Shown piece after piece: positions 10,011-20,438 of a DNA stretch of 64,000 nucleotides. The stretch is from an uncultured delta proteobacterium (lineage in GTDB: Bacteria > Myxococcota_A > Polyangia > Polyangiales > Polyangiaceae): NCBI GenBank assembly GCA_963850305.1, contig CAWKKR010000004.1, forward strand, positions 320,001 to 384,000, in the 5' to 3' direction. A program made the position numbers and the translations under genes. The notes beneath the pieces were generated by a model, which did not search any database, had not been told where the DNA came from, and saw only the letters and a list, made by a program, of their open reading frames with translations. How positions within the stretch are numbered: position 1 is the first letter of the stretch; each line of letters starts with the position of its first letter.

Positions 10011-10946
10011 ATGGGCGCGGAATCGGTCGAAGGGCGGGTCGTCGCCGTGACGGGCGGCGCAGGTTTCATCGGGCGGCGGCTCGTCGAACACCTGGGTGCG
10101 CTCGGGGCGTCCCGCATCGTCGTGCTCGATCGGGACGAGTCTTCGCCGGGCTCGGATGCGCCAACGCCCGTCGTCCGTCGGACGATCACGCTCGGGGACG
10201 ACGTGGACCTACGGAGCGCCCTCGACGGGGTGGAGCTCTTGTTCCACCTCGCGGCCGAGAAGCACGCCGCGGCGCGCGCTCGACCACGCGACATCTTGCG
10301 CACCAACGTGCTCGGCACCGAGCGCCTCTTCGAGGCCGCCGCGCTCGCGGGCGTTCGCAAGATCGTGTTCGCGTCGTCACTGTACGCTTACGGCCGTGAT
10401 CGCGGCGGACCGCTCGCAGAAGCCGAGACGCCGGTGCCGGATACCGTTTACGGCATTTCCAAGCTCGCGGGCGAACACCTCGGCGCACGGCTCGCGCGGC
10501 GCGGAGGGCCGAGCTTCGTCGCGCTCCGGTATTTCTTCGCGTACGGGCCGGAGCAGGATCGCGGGCGTCCCTCGTTCATCGGGCAGACGCTGGAACGTCT
10601 TGCTCGCGGAGAGGCGCCCGTGATTCGAGGCGACGGCTCGCAGATCCTCGACTACGTGTACGTGGACGACATCGTGGAGGCGACGGCGCGAGCAATGGCC
10701 GTACCCGTGAGCAACGAGGTGGTCAACGTCGGTTCAGGCATGGCGATCACGGTTCGTGACTGGGTCGAGCGGATGCAGCGGGTTGCCGGCACGTCGCTCG
10801 GTCCGCGCTTCGAGCCCGCGGATGACACGCACGGCACCCGGCGAGTGGCCGCCATCGACAAGATGGAGCGGCTCCTCGGCCGCCCCAAGGTCTGCACCGA
10901 TGAAGGACTCCAGCGAACCTTCCGCGTGTGGCGCGCCGCGCCGTGA
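10011..10946 (+). CDS. NAD-dependent epimerase/dehydratase (extended SDR)
   Basis: TGGAGFIG, FHLAA, YGISK (YxxxK), DYVYVDD. Confidence 0.88.
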   Translation: MGAESVEGRVVAVTGGAGFIGRRLVEHLGALGASRIVVLDRDESSPGSDAPTPVVRRTITLGDDVDLRSALDGVELLFHLAAEKHAAARARPRDILRTNVLGTERLFEAAALAGVRKIVFASSLYAYGRDRGGPLAEAETPVPDTVYGISKLAGEHLGARLARRGGPSFVALRYFFAYGPEQDRGRPSFIGQTLERLARGEAPVIRGDGSQILDYVYVDDIVEATARAMAVPVSNEVVNVGSGMAITVRDWVERMQRVAGTSLGPRFEPADDTHGTRRVAAIDKMERLLGRPKVCTDEGLQRTFRVWRAAP

Positions 10947-11002
10947 TCACGCCTTGGTCCCGCCGATTCTCGGCCCCGAGCTCCGCGAGTACCGGGGGGA
11001 AC

Positions 11003-11596
11003 TCAGCCCCCGACGACACGCGCGACGTTCTGGCCCCAGGCCTCCATGGTGTCGTCGCGCGACCAGCCGACCACCACTTTCGCGACCGAGACGAGTCGCA
11101 CGGCTTCCCCGCGAGACAGGCCGCGCCCGCTGCGTTCGGTGCTCTGAACCAGCGTGTCGATGAGCCCGTGAATCGTGTTCACGAGAGGCGCGCGATCCCT
11201 CAGCTCGGCGGCCCGCGCCGCGAGTTCCTCGATGAGCTCGAGAATGTTGCGCTGAGCCTTCGCGGCCGGATCTTCGGCGGGCTCGCCGTGCTCGGTCGCG
11301 GCCTGGTCACGGCTGACGCGACGGAGGACTTCCAGCTCTTCGCCCGCCACCTCAATCACGTCACCCGGCTCCAGCCGCTTCTTCCCGTCGAGGACTCGAC
11401 GGTTCACTCGCGTGCCGTTGCGCGTGGAGAGCGCCTCGATCTCGAGCGTGTCCCCCACGAGCCGCACCACGGCATGCTCGCGGGACACCTGTTCGGCGCT
11501 GAGGACGATGAACGAATGCGGCGCGCGCCCGATCACGCAATCGCCGCGGTGAACCGGATAGGCCGTGCCGCGGTGACGCAACCAGTAGACGACCAT
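11003..11596 (-). CDS. FHA domain protein
   Basis: VIGR...VSREHA...STRNGTRVN...LEPGDVI FHA signature. Confidence 0.85.
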   Translation of the reverse strand: MVVYWLRHRGTAYPVHRGDCVIGRAPHSFIVLSAEQVSREHAVVRLVGDTLEIEALSTRNGTRVNRRVLDGKKRLEPGDVIEVAGEELEVLRRVSRDQAATEHGEPAEDPAAKAQRNILELIEELAARAAELRDRAPLVNTIHGLIDTLVQSTERSGRGLSRGEAVRLVSVAKVVVGWSRDDTMEAWGQNVARVVGG

Positions 11597-11659
11597 GGGA
11601 TTCTCGAGGGTACGCCCCGCGCCGTCGGTCCGAAAAGAGGGAGTGCGCGGTTTTCCGGC

Positions 11660-12076
11660 TCAAGCCGTGCCTTCGCGCGGCTCCTGGGCAAAGAGACGTA
11701 CCCGGCCGGTGGCGACCAGCCGTCCCCTTTCATCGACGATGGTTGCTTCCCAGAGCTGCGCGCGTTTACCGACGTGAACGGGCTTGCCGACCGCCCGGAG
11801 TCGCCCCTCCCGGACGGCCCTGACGAAGCTCGTGTGGTTTTCGACACCCACCACGGTCTGCCCGCTCCGGGCAGCGTGAAATGCGGCTCCAAGGGAACAC
11901 ACCGTTTCCACGACGCCCGTGTGCACGCCGCCGTGGACGATCCCGTACGGCTGGCAATGCCGCTCGTCCACCGTCCATTCGACGATCACCTCGTCCGCGT
12001 CGATTCTGACGAGCTCGAGGCCCATGGCCGAGCCCCAGCCGCCGAAAACGCCAGGGGATGAGTGAAGTTCCGCCAC
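11660..12076 (-). CDS. PaaI/hotdog-fold thioesterase
   Basis: QPYGIVHGGV...VETVCS, VGVENHTSFVRAV, HVGKRAQLWE. Confidence 0.88.
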   Translation of the reverse strand: MAELHSSPGVFGGWGSAMGLELVRIDADEVIVEWTVDERHCQPYGIVHGGVHTGVVETVCSLGAAFHAARSGQTVVGVENHTSFVRAVREGRLRAVGKPVHVGKRAQLWEATIVDERGRLVATGRVRLFAQEPREGTA

Positions 12077-12241
12077 GCGCCGGAACCTAGCACCCCTCCT
12101 GGGCTCCGGGCGCGGTTCGTTCGCGAGACGCTGGCCAGAATTCGGCGAAACCGGAGGCCGGTGGATTGCCGGTAACCGAAAGCTTCCGAAACGCGGAGGC
12201 TCGATTGACGCGCTCGCGTTTTGGCGTCATCTGTCTCACTC

Positions 12242-13159
12242 ATGGATGAGCAAACCCGCCACCGAATCCGGACAGCGATCGAAAAAGACGACGTCGTTTT
12301 GTTCATGAAGGGTACCCCGGAAGCCCCCCGTTGTGGCTTCTCGGCAACGGTCATTCAGATCCTCGACGCCGTCGGCGCGAAGTACGCGGCGGTCGACGTG
12401 CTGGCGGATGGGGCCATTCGCGAGGGCATCAAAGAGTTCTCGGACTGGCCGACGATCCCGCAGCTCTACGTGAAACGAGAGTTCCTTGGGGGCTGCGACA
12501 TCGTAAAGGAGATGTACGGAACGGGCGAGCTCGCGGAGAAGCTCGGCGCGGAGGTTCCGGAGGTCGCGCCACCGACCATCACCGTAACGGAGCGAGCAGC
12601 CGCCGCGCTGAAGGCGGCGGTCGAATCGGAGAGCGAAGGCGTGAGGTTCGAGATCGACGGAAGGTTCAACTACGGACTTTCCATCGGTGCCCGCCAGGCG
12701 AACGACGTCGTGGTGGTCAGCGCGGGCGTGACGCTCCTCCTGAACCGCGCGACGGCGCAGCGGGCCTCGGGGACCACGATCGATTACGTCGAGACGCCGG
12801 AAGGCGCCGCGTTCAAGATCGAAAACCCGAACGAGCCCCCAAAGGTGCGACAAATCTCGCCGAAGGATCTCGCCGCACGCCTGAAGGCAGCGGAGGAGCT
12901 GGTGCTCTACGACGTGCGAAGCGTGGCGGAACGGGACATCGCGAGCATCGAGGGTGCGAAGGTCCTCGATCGAGCGGCGCAGGACGAGATCCTGAAGCTA
13001 CCGAGGGCCACTGCGCTCGTGTTTCACTGCCACCACGGGGGACGAAGCCAGCAAGCTGCTGATTTCTTCCTCTCCCAGGGGTTCACGAACGTCCACAACC
13101 TCTCGGGGGGCATCGATGCCTGGTCGGTGGAAGTGGACCCCTCCGTGCGTCGGTACTGA
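12242..13159 (+). CDS. grxD: Monothiol glutaredoxin Grx4 fused to a degenerate A-type (IscA/HesB-like) domain and a rhodanese domain
   Basis: LFMKGTPEAPRCGFS, WPTIPQLY, GGCDI; ITVTERAA...TIDYVETPEGAAFKIENPN; YDVR...FHCHHGGRS...LSGGIDAW. Confidence 0.88.
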   Translation: MDEQTRHRIRTAIEKDDVVLFMKGTPEAPRCGFSATVIQILDAVGAKYAAVDVLADGAIREGIKEFSDWPTIPQLYVKREFLGGCDIVKEMYGTGELAEKLGAEVPEVAPPTITVTERAAAALKAAVESESEGVRFEIDGRFNYGLSIGARQANDVVVVSAGVTLLLNRATAQRASGTTIDYVETPEGAAFKIENPNEPPKVRQISPKDLAARLKAAEELVLYDVRSVAERDIASIEGAKVLDRAAQDEILKLPRATALVFHCHHGGRSQQAADFFLSQGFTNVHNLSGGIDAWSVEVDPSVRRY

Positions 13160-13231
13160 TTGCCCTGAATCGCCAGGGTCGACTCCGCGAGTCATTGCGT
13201 CTGGACCGTATGGCCACTAATCCTCCGCGAA

Positions 13232-13522
13232 ATGTCGGCAACAGCACCGAAGCCTTTCTCGCGACTCCTGATTGAGGTCGCCGTCGGTGCGACCCTGGGC
13301 TTCGTCCTTTCGACGCTCGAGGGGCCCGCGCTCATCAAGCTTCTGTACGAACCGCCGAGCAAGGACGCGTTTTCATGCGCCGGCACGGTGCAAACCGCCC
13401 TTTCTCAGTTCGTCAAGGTGCAACTCGGCTGCGCCGCGCTCGGGGGTATCGGACTCGCGCTGGTCCTCTTCTTCGGAAGAAGGTTCCTCAGAAAACGTCG
13501 CGAAGCGAAGAGCACGGCCTGA
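13232..13522 (+). CDS. Small membrane protein
   Basis: Two hydrophobic segments and a basic C-terminus. Confidence 0.6.
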   Translation: MSATAPKPFSRLLIEVAVGATLGFVLSTLEGPALIKLLYEPPSKDAFSCAGTVQTALSQFVKVQLGCAALGGIGLALVLFFGRRFLRKRREAKSTA

Positions 13523-13558
13523 GCCGAAGAGCGCGGGGAGAGGTTCGTCGTCCCGGCA

Positions 13559-14639
13559 TCACCCGCGCCCCTTGAGGAGCCGCACTACACGCGACGGACC
13601 TGCCGCGACTCCGCGATGGAGCACGATCCGACGGCCCGCAGCGAGGCCGTGCTCATGCGCGCGCGTGCCTCGACTCGACACGTGGCGCGTCCAGCGAATG
13701 TGCGGATGGCGGTCGCGAAAGTAGCGCGCGACGTCCGGATCGCCGACCCACACCAATCCCTCCTGCGTGTTCGCGCGAGCCTGCGCCTCGAGCTGAGCGC
13801 GAAACCCCGACGCCACGCCCGCGAGATAGGCCCGGCGATCGCGATTCCCCCTGATCTTGGCTTCCCTGCGGTGCTCTTCCCAGAGGCGTGCCGCAGTGTG
13901 AAGAAGAAATGAATGTACGTACTCGGCCATCTCGAGGTTCTCGAGGCGCCCGCAGAATCTCGAGCACGCTGCCGCGTTTACCCTCGGCGGCTCGCCACAC
14001 CGGCACCCAGATGGCGTCGACGAAAAAGTGCTCCGCGAGGATATTTGCCAGGACGCGCTCGGCCTCGGATACGCGTCCCGTCGGCCGCCCGAGGTGGCGG
14101 TAGCTGCACGCGTGCCCGGGGCCGCGGGTGAGCTCCTCCAGATTGTGCTTCAGCATCAAGCGCTGGGCCGCGTTCATCGCGGCCTGTGCCTCGTGCTCGT
14201 TCGGGCTCTCGGCCAAAGCCAGGAGCTTCGCGATCCGGTCGAGGACCGGCGCCCGGGCGAGCTCTTCCGTCGCTTCCGGACGTCCCGCCGCGCGCGCGTC
14301 GATGCCGCGTTCCTCGCACGTCTTCCGGAACGTCGGACCATGCGCCGGCTCGTCTGTCGCACCGAGCACTTCGTCCGTGAACTGATGCGCCATCTCGTGC
14401 TTCAGCACTTCCACCAGGACGCCCCATCCATGGCGAACGAGCAACACTCGCGAGAGCTCGAGCCGTCGCTCTTCACGGATCCAGCGACCGAGCCTCGCGG
14501 TCGCCGGTCCGAGCTCGAGCGTCGGGCGTCTCAGGCGTCCTTTGAAGAACGTCGCGTTGAGATCGCCGTAGGTCGCCCGGATCGCTCGCAGCGCGGCTGC
14601 CTCGAGCGCCACGGAGAGCGGCTCGGTCTCCTCGCTCAT
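13559..14639 (-). CDS. SprT-like HExxH metalloprotease + DUF2786-like domain protein, +1 frameshift at 13955-13959
   Basis: VLKHEMAHQ...HGPTF (SprT); LDRIAKLLALAESPNEHEAQAA (DUF2786-like). Removing one base joins VLEI to CGRLENLEMAEYVHSFL. ATGA overlap with the upstream epimerase. Confidence 0.8.
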
Positions 14640-15688
14640 GGCCCGTCGGTGTCGAAACCGGACATTGCGCCGACGGGCCCCGCAGCAGCGTCGGACCCGA
14701 CGTGCGGATGAGCGACCCCGCGCTCGATGAGGTCGGATACGGTGTCTCTCAGCGTCTCCGCGACGTCGCGCGGAGCGAAGCCCAGTTTGTCGATCGCCTT
14801 CGAGGCATCGCAGTACCAAAAATACTGCGCCATCTCGACGCTCGTGGGGTCCATGGGCAGCTCGCCGCCGATCTTCTGCACGACCTTGCCGAACAACCGC
14901 GTCGCATAGGTGGCGATTGCAGGGGACCGCGGAAGCATCATCTTCGGCGCCGGGACGCCGGAGATTCGCGACAGACGATCGAAAAATGCGGCCAGGGTGA
15001 GGTTGGCGGCGGAGAGGAGATACCGTTCACCCGCTTCACCGCGCTCCATCGCCAGGAGCATGGCGCTGGCCGCGTCGCGCACGTCGACCAGAGCGAGGCC
15101 GCCCCGCGGCGTCGCGAGGATCTCCCCATCGAGAAACATTCGAACGTCGGTGGTCGAAGAGCCGCGAAGATCCCCGGGGCCGAGCAATAACGACGGGTTC
15201 ACGACGACGACCTCGAAGTTCGGCGGATCGTTCACCTCGAGCGCCTCGAGCTCCGCGTAGTACTTGGTTCGATAGTACGGCCACCGCGAGAGAAGTTCGT
15301 GCGGGGGTGGCGTCGCTTCCGTCGCGATGTCGGACGCGCGGCTGCTGATGGCGATGGTGCCGCTCGTGCTCACGTACACGACGCGACGTACACCGGCCTT
15401 CTTCAGCCCGGCGAGGGCCGACCGCGTTCCGAGCACGTTCATGTGCCGGAGCTCATCCGCGTCTGCGGGATCGCGGGATACCTTCCCCGTCGCCAGGAAC
15501 GCGTGTGACAGGCCGCGTGCGCTTTCGGCGACGCGCTCTGCGTCGAGAACATCGACCCTCAGCACCGGGATCTTCGCTGCGACACCGCCACCGCGCGACA
15601 CGCCCACGACCTCGTGGCCTCGACGGACCAGGTACTCGGCGAGGTGCGAACCGAGAAAACCCGTGGCGCCGCCGACCCAGTATCGCAC
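14636..15688 (-). CDS. elbE: NAD-dependent epimerase/dehydratase, ElbE-like
   Basis: GATGFLG, YYRTK, VNPSLLLGPGD, VDVRDAA; lies directly after the elbD-like gene. Confidence 0.72.
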   Translation of the reverse strand: MRYWVGGATGFLGSHLAEYLVRRGHEVVGVSRGGGVAAKIPVLRVDVLDAERVAESARGLSHAFLATGKVSRDPADADELRHMNVLGTRSALAGLKKAGVRRVVYVSTSGTIAISSRASDIATEATPPPHELLSRWPYYRTKYYAELEALEVNDPPNFEVVVVNPSLLLGPGDLRGSSTTDVRMFLDGEILATPRGGLALVDVRDAASAMLLAMERGEAGERYLLSAANLTLAAFFDRLSRISGVPAPKMMLPRSPAIATYATRLFGKVVQKIGGELPMDPTSVEMAQYFWYCDASKAIDKLGFAPRDVAETLRDTVSDLIERGVAHPHVGSDAAAGPVGAMSGFDTDGP

Positions 15689-15691
15689 GGC

Positions 15692-18600
15692 TCACCGCTC
15701 CTCGGTCGAAAGCTGGAACACCTTCTGAAAGGTCAGAAGGAGAGCGATGTTGTTGCTCTTCACCGTCCCGGCAATGAACTCTCCCGGAGTCGGCGTGTAC
15801 GCTTCCTTCACGATGCGGGTGAACATGGCCGGCGAGGTCTTGAGCACGCAATCCGCCGAGTCTTTGCCCTTCCCGGGCGTCACCTGACAGGCGTCGCTGG
15901 TCACCTTGACGGTCCAGCGCTCGCGCTTTCCGAGCGCGAAGTAAAAGCTTATCGGATCCTTCACGCTGCCCGCGACGAACCGGTGCTCGAGCTCGCGGAA
16001 CAGATCCGTCATCGACTGCTCGTCGTCGGCGTCGAGGAGATCGGCGGGCTCCAGCGTGCGCGTGTCGAGGATGTCACCGCGCGATAGCGCCACCACCGCG
16101 CGGCGAACGAGCTTTGCGACGGCGCGCGATGCCTCGGACATGCCGAGGCCCTGCGTCAACCTCCGGAGCTCCGCGCCCTCGAGCGGCGGCCCGATCCGGA
16201 CCCTCAGCGCGCGGCTCTTCACGACCGTCGCACCCTTCGGCAAAGCCGCGTGCGTGCCGCCGAGCCACACGGGGAGCACGTCGATCCGATGCTGCAGCGC
16301 GAGGTGTCCGACGGCCGGTTTGAACTCGTGAACCGCGCCGTCCGGTGTCCGCGTGCCCTCGGGGAACATGAGCACGACCTGTCCTTCGTCGAGCAGCGAA
16401 CCCGCGAGCCGGAGGCTCTGCCGGAGCGAGCCCGTGCGAGAGATGGGTACCAGATTCGTCAGATTCTCGAAGTAGGCCTTTCGCCATTTGCCGCCTTCGA
16501 AGAAGTAATCCTGGGCTGCAAGCGAGATCATGCCCTGGCCGTACTCGCCGAGCGCGTACTTCACGAGGCCCATGTCGAGATGACTCGCGTGGTTCGCGGC
16601 GACCAGAACGTTTCGATTCTGCGGAATGAACGCGCCGCCTGTGACCGTCGTCCGCATCACGCTGCGGTAAAAGCCCATCTGCGCGCGACCGAGCCAGTGC
16701 ATGGCCGCCTCACGCAGCGGTGGGGACAGCTCGATGGGCGCCTCCTCGAGCGACTCGACCGTTGCGGTGGTACGGGAGAGGCGTCGCGCGGCGCCCGTGT
16801 CCCGGAGCAGCGCCTCGACGTCTGCCACCGTCTCGGCCGCATTGAGACGGTCCGCGTCCACGGCGTCGTGAACCTGATTCTCGAGCGCGACGAGCAACTC
16901 GAGCAACATCAGCGAATCGAACCCCAGGTCTCCGCGAAGCGTCATGCCCGGCAGAATCTCGGCGGGCGTCTTGCGCCCGATGACGGCGATGGCGGACCGG
17001 ACCATCCGCGCCGCACCGCCCGGCCGCGCGTCCGTCGCGCTCTCCTTCGTGACCTCGTCTCGCGGCGCGGGGGTCATCACGCGCTCGACGAGCCGCCGTA
17101 CCTCCGGGCGTTTCACCTTGCGCGTCGCCGTGCGCGGCAAGGGGACGTCGATGAGAAGCGCGACCGCTGGGCGCATTCCGTTCGGCAAATCCGCCAGAGC
17201 CTTGTCGAGCGCGGCCTTCGCCTTCGCGTGGCGCTCGGCCCGTGTCAGGGCGTCGTCGGGGGTGGGCACCGCGACGCACGCGATGCGTTCGCCACCGCGT
17301 GGGTCCGAAACGCCCAGGACGACATATTCGGTGATGCGCTCGATCTGCGCGAGCCGCGCCTCGACGTCGTCGGGATAGACGTTCTCGCCGTTGGATGCGA
17401 CGATCGTATCCTTCGCTCGCCCGACGATTGCGAGGTTCCCCTTGCGGTCGAGCTTGCCGAGGTCGCCCGTGTGCAGCCACCCCTGCTCGTCGACGGTGCG
17501 CCGCGTTTCCTCCTCGTCATCCGCGTATCCGAGCATCACGTTCGGACCGCGAGCGAGGATCTCGCCGACGCCTTCCGCGTTCGGCTCATGAATCTTGAGC
17601 TCGACGCCCGGGATCGCACGGCCGACGCTGCCCGCCTTCGCGGACGGCCCAGCGGACGCGACGGCGAGCACGGGGGACGCCTCCGTGAGACCATAGCCTT
17701 CCGTCAAGTGCAGCCCGAGCCCAGCGAAGAGCCGGTGCGTGTCCGCCGGTAGCGCCGCGCCGCCGCTCACGAGATAGCGGAGATGTCCGCCGAGCCCCTG
17801 GTGCACGGGCCCGAACAGGAGCTTGCCCGCGTCAATGCCCATCGACTTGCCGATCGCACGGTTCAGCTCGATCGCCGCGTCGAACACCCTGGCGGCGAAG
17901 GCGCCTCGCTCCGCAACTCGCGCATAGAGCTTCCGCTCGAGCATTTCCCAGAGCGCGGGCACGCCGACCATCGCCGTGATACGACCCGCCTTCAGTCCGT
18001 GCTCCAGGCGCTCGCCCGTCAGCTCGTCGAGATAGACGACGCGGGCGCCGCGGGAGAGCGGCAAGAGCAGACCGCACGTCAGCTCGAACGTGTGGTGAAG
18101 CGGGAGCACGCTCAGCACGCGGTCGTGCTTCTTCAGCGGAAACAGCGGCGCGAGGGACGCGACGAGCGACGTCAGGTTGTAATGCGAGAGCATCACTCCC
18201 TTCGGCGTGCCCGTCGTACCGCTCGTGTAGATGAGCGCGGCGACATCGTTCGGATTCACTTCGACGGGCGCTGCTGCGGGACCCGCTTCCGCCGCAGCAT
18301 GGAGATCGATCCAGGCGAGTCGTTCGCCGACGGCTTCGCGGACGGCGCGAGCTACCGGCTCATCGCAGAGAAACGCCTTGGCCGACGAAGCGCGGGCGAC
18401 GTTGGCCGCGGGGGCCGGCTCGATCGCCGCATCGACGGGAACCGCCGTCGCGCCCGCGAGCTGGATGCCGAGAAACGCAATGGGCCACGCCGGATGGTTC
18501 GCCCCCGCGATCATCACGCGGTCGCCTTTCTGGATACCGGCGACACGCAGCCGCTCGGCACAGGCCCGAGATCGCTCCCGCCACTCGCGGAAGGAGATGC

Positions 18601-20438
18601 GGCTCATCCCGTCGGGTTCGGTGCGTTCGAGCGCCACGGCGAGGTCGAACCGCGCCGCCATTTCGTCGAGCAAGGATGCGAGGGTTTCGTGACGCTTCGG
18701 GGCCTTGACCTCGCGCCGGATCCGCTCGTCGATCTCGGGAAACACCCACTTCTCGAGCCCTGGCATGTGCACGTCGAACAACCACTCGCGCCAGTCGATG
18801 GTCTCCGGCACCCACGCGAGCTTCCTCTTGTCCGCCGCGTCGAGCCGCGCGAAGGCGGCTCGCGTGTTGTCCGTGCGAAACACGTAGTCGTAGCGAGCGA
18901 CGAAGGGGACGAAGTTGTCGAGCACCCCCTTTATCTTCAGCTGCGCGTCGGCGAACTGCCCGAGCATCTTCTGCGCGGGGCCGAGGATGGGCGCGGCCGG
19001 ACCCTTCGCTGCGGCGCCGAGTACGCGCGCGATGGAGGAAGCTCCCCGCGCGACGAAGCCCGGACCATAGTTCTCGAACATCTCTTCGCCGAGGATCGCG
19101 ACCTCGACGTGGGCCTGCAGAAAGCTCACGACGGGCCCGCCCTTCCCCGTGCGCTGCCACTTCTTCCTCTTGTAGAGCCCGACGAGCTCCGCAAACCTCG
19201 ACATACGAAACGGGTTCGTGTCGCTGGAGCCGTACTGGTACACGGCGGGCGCCGTGCCCTCGATGAGCTCGACGAGCGACAGGATCATCCCGGCCGCGAC
19301 CATGTCGCACGGGATCACGTCGAGGAAATGGTCGGAACCGGGGATCTGCGCCTGGCCGTTCACAGCCGAGTAGATGAGCGGCGCGCTCGTGTTGATGCCC
19401 TCGTTCCAGCCCTTCACCGGAAACGCGACGCTCGACTCCACCACAGCGGGCCTCACGATCGTGAACCTGAGGCCGGAGCCGGCCACGATCTGCTCGCCGA
19501 TGCTCTTCGTGTATGTGTACGTGTTCGGCCAGCCCCAGAACTGAGCGCGCTCCGTACCCATCTCGGCCAGCCGGGCCTCGACGTACTTACGCTTCACGCG
19601 CTCGATCTCGGCCTCGAGCACCGCGCCGGAGCACGGCTCGTCGCGCCGCGTGAGATTGCGCTTCGCCTCGTCCAGGAAGTGACTCTGCCGGAACGCGTCG
19701 CTGGCGCGGTGCCGTGCCTCTTCGATGATGTCGAGACACTCGCGATATCTCGCGATCGGGCTCCCAGTGGGCGCGCTCGAGCTCCCCGCTCCGGGGAAAT
19801 GGGTGCTCGCGCGGGTCGCGTTCCTCGATGAAGCCCTGGCGTTCTCCCGCGACGAAGCAGGTGCTCGTGTGGAGCAGCGGCGCGTCCCCGAGATCGCGCG
19901 CGAGCGCGACGAGGTTCTGGACGCCGAACGCATTCACCTCTAGCGCGACGTCGAGCGGTGGATCGAAATCGATCACGCCGGACGCATTGACGACCGCGTC
20001 CACTTCGCCCCGCAGCTCCTCGCGCAGCTCCGCGTCGAGGCCGCAGAGCGGTTGCGCGACGTCCCCGGGAACAGGGACGATCTTGTCCTTCAGGAACAGC
20101 TCGAAGCCGGGCCCGTACTCCTCGCGCAGAGGACGCAGGGCTTCGCTCGTCGCGATGTCCGCCCAGAATCGCTCGTCCGCGGTCTGCCCCTTCTTCGGCC
20201 TGACGAGCAGGTATATGCGACTCACCACCGGGTAGCGCGACAGCAAGAGCGCCCAGAAAACCTTACCGAGAAAGCCCGTTCCGCCGATGATGACGAGCTT
20301 TCTGCCCCGGAGCACCTGAGCCGGAAGGAGGGGCTTGCCTTGCGTCGTCACGCCGTGGCCGTTCGAACCATTGGAACCGTTCGAGGCGCCGTTCCCGTAC
20401 TGGGGTCGGCTTCCATTTTGCTGGTGCGGATCAGTCAC
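15692..20438 (-). CDS. elbD: Multifunctional ether-lipid enzyme ElbD-like: fatty acyl-CoA reductase - acyl-CoA synthetase - ACP - acyltransferase - SCP2-like; frameshift near 19744-19749
   Basis: GGTGFLGK and WPNTYTYTKS (FAR); YTSGTTGTPKG, GYGLTE, WLHTGDLG (AMP-binding); LGFDSL (ACP Ser); NHASHLD and FPEGTR (PlsC). ORFs 19587..20438 and 15692..19933 join at WEPDREI/ECLDII. Confidence 0.85.
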
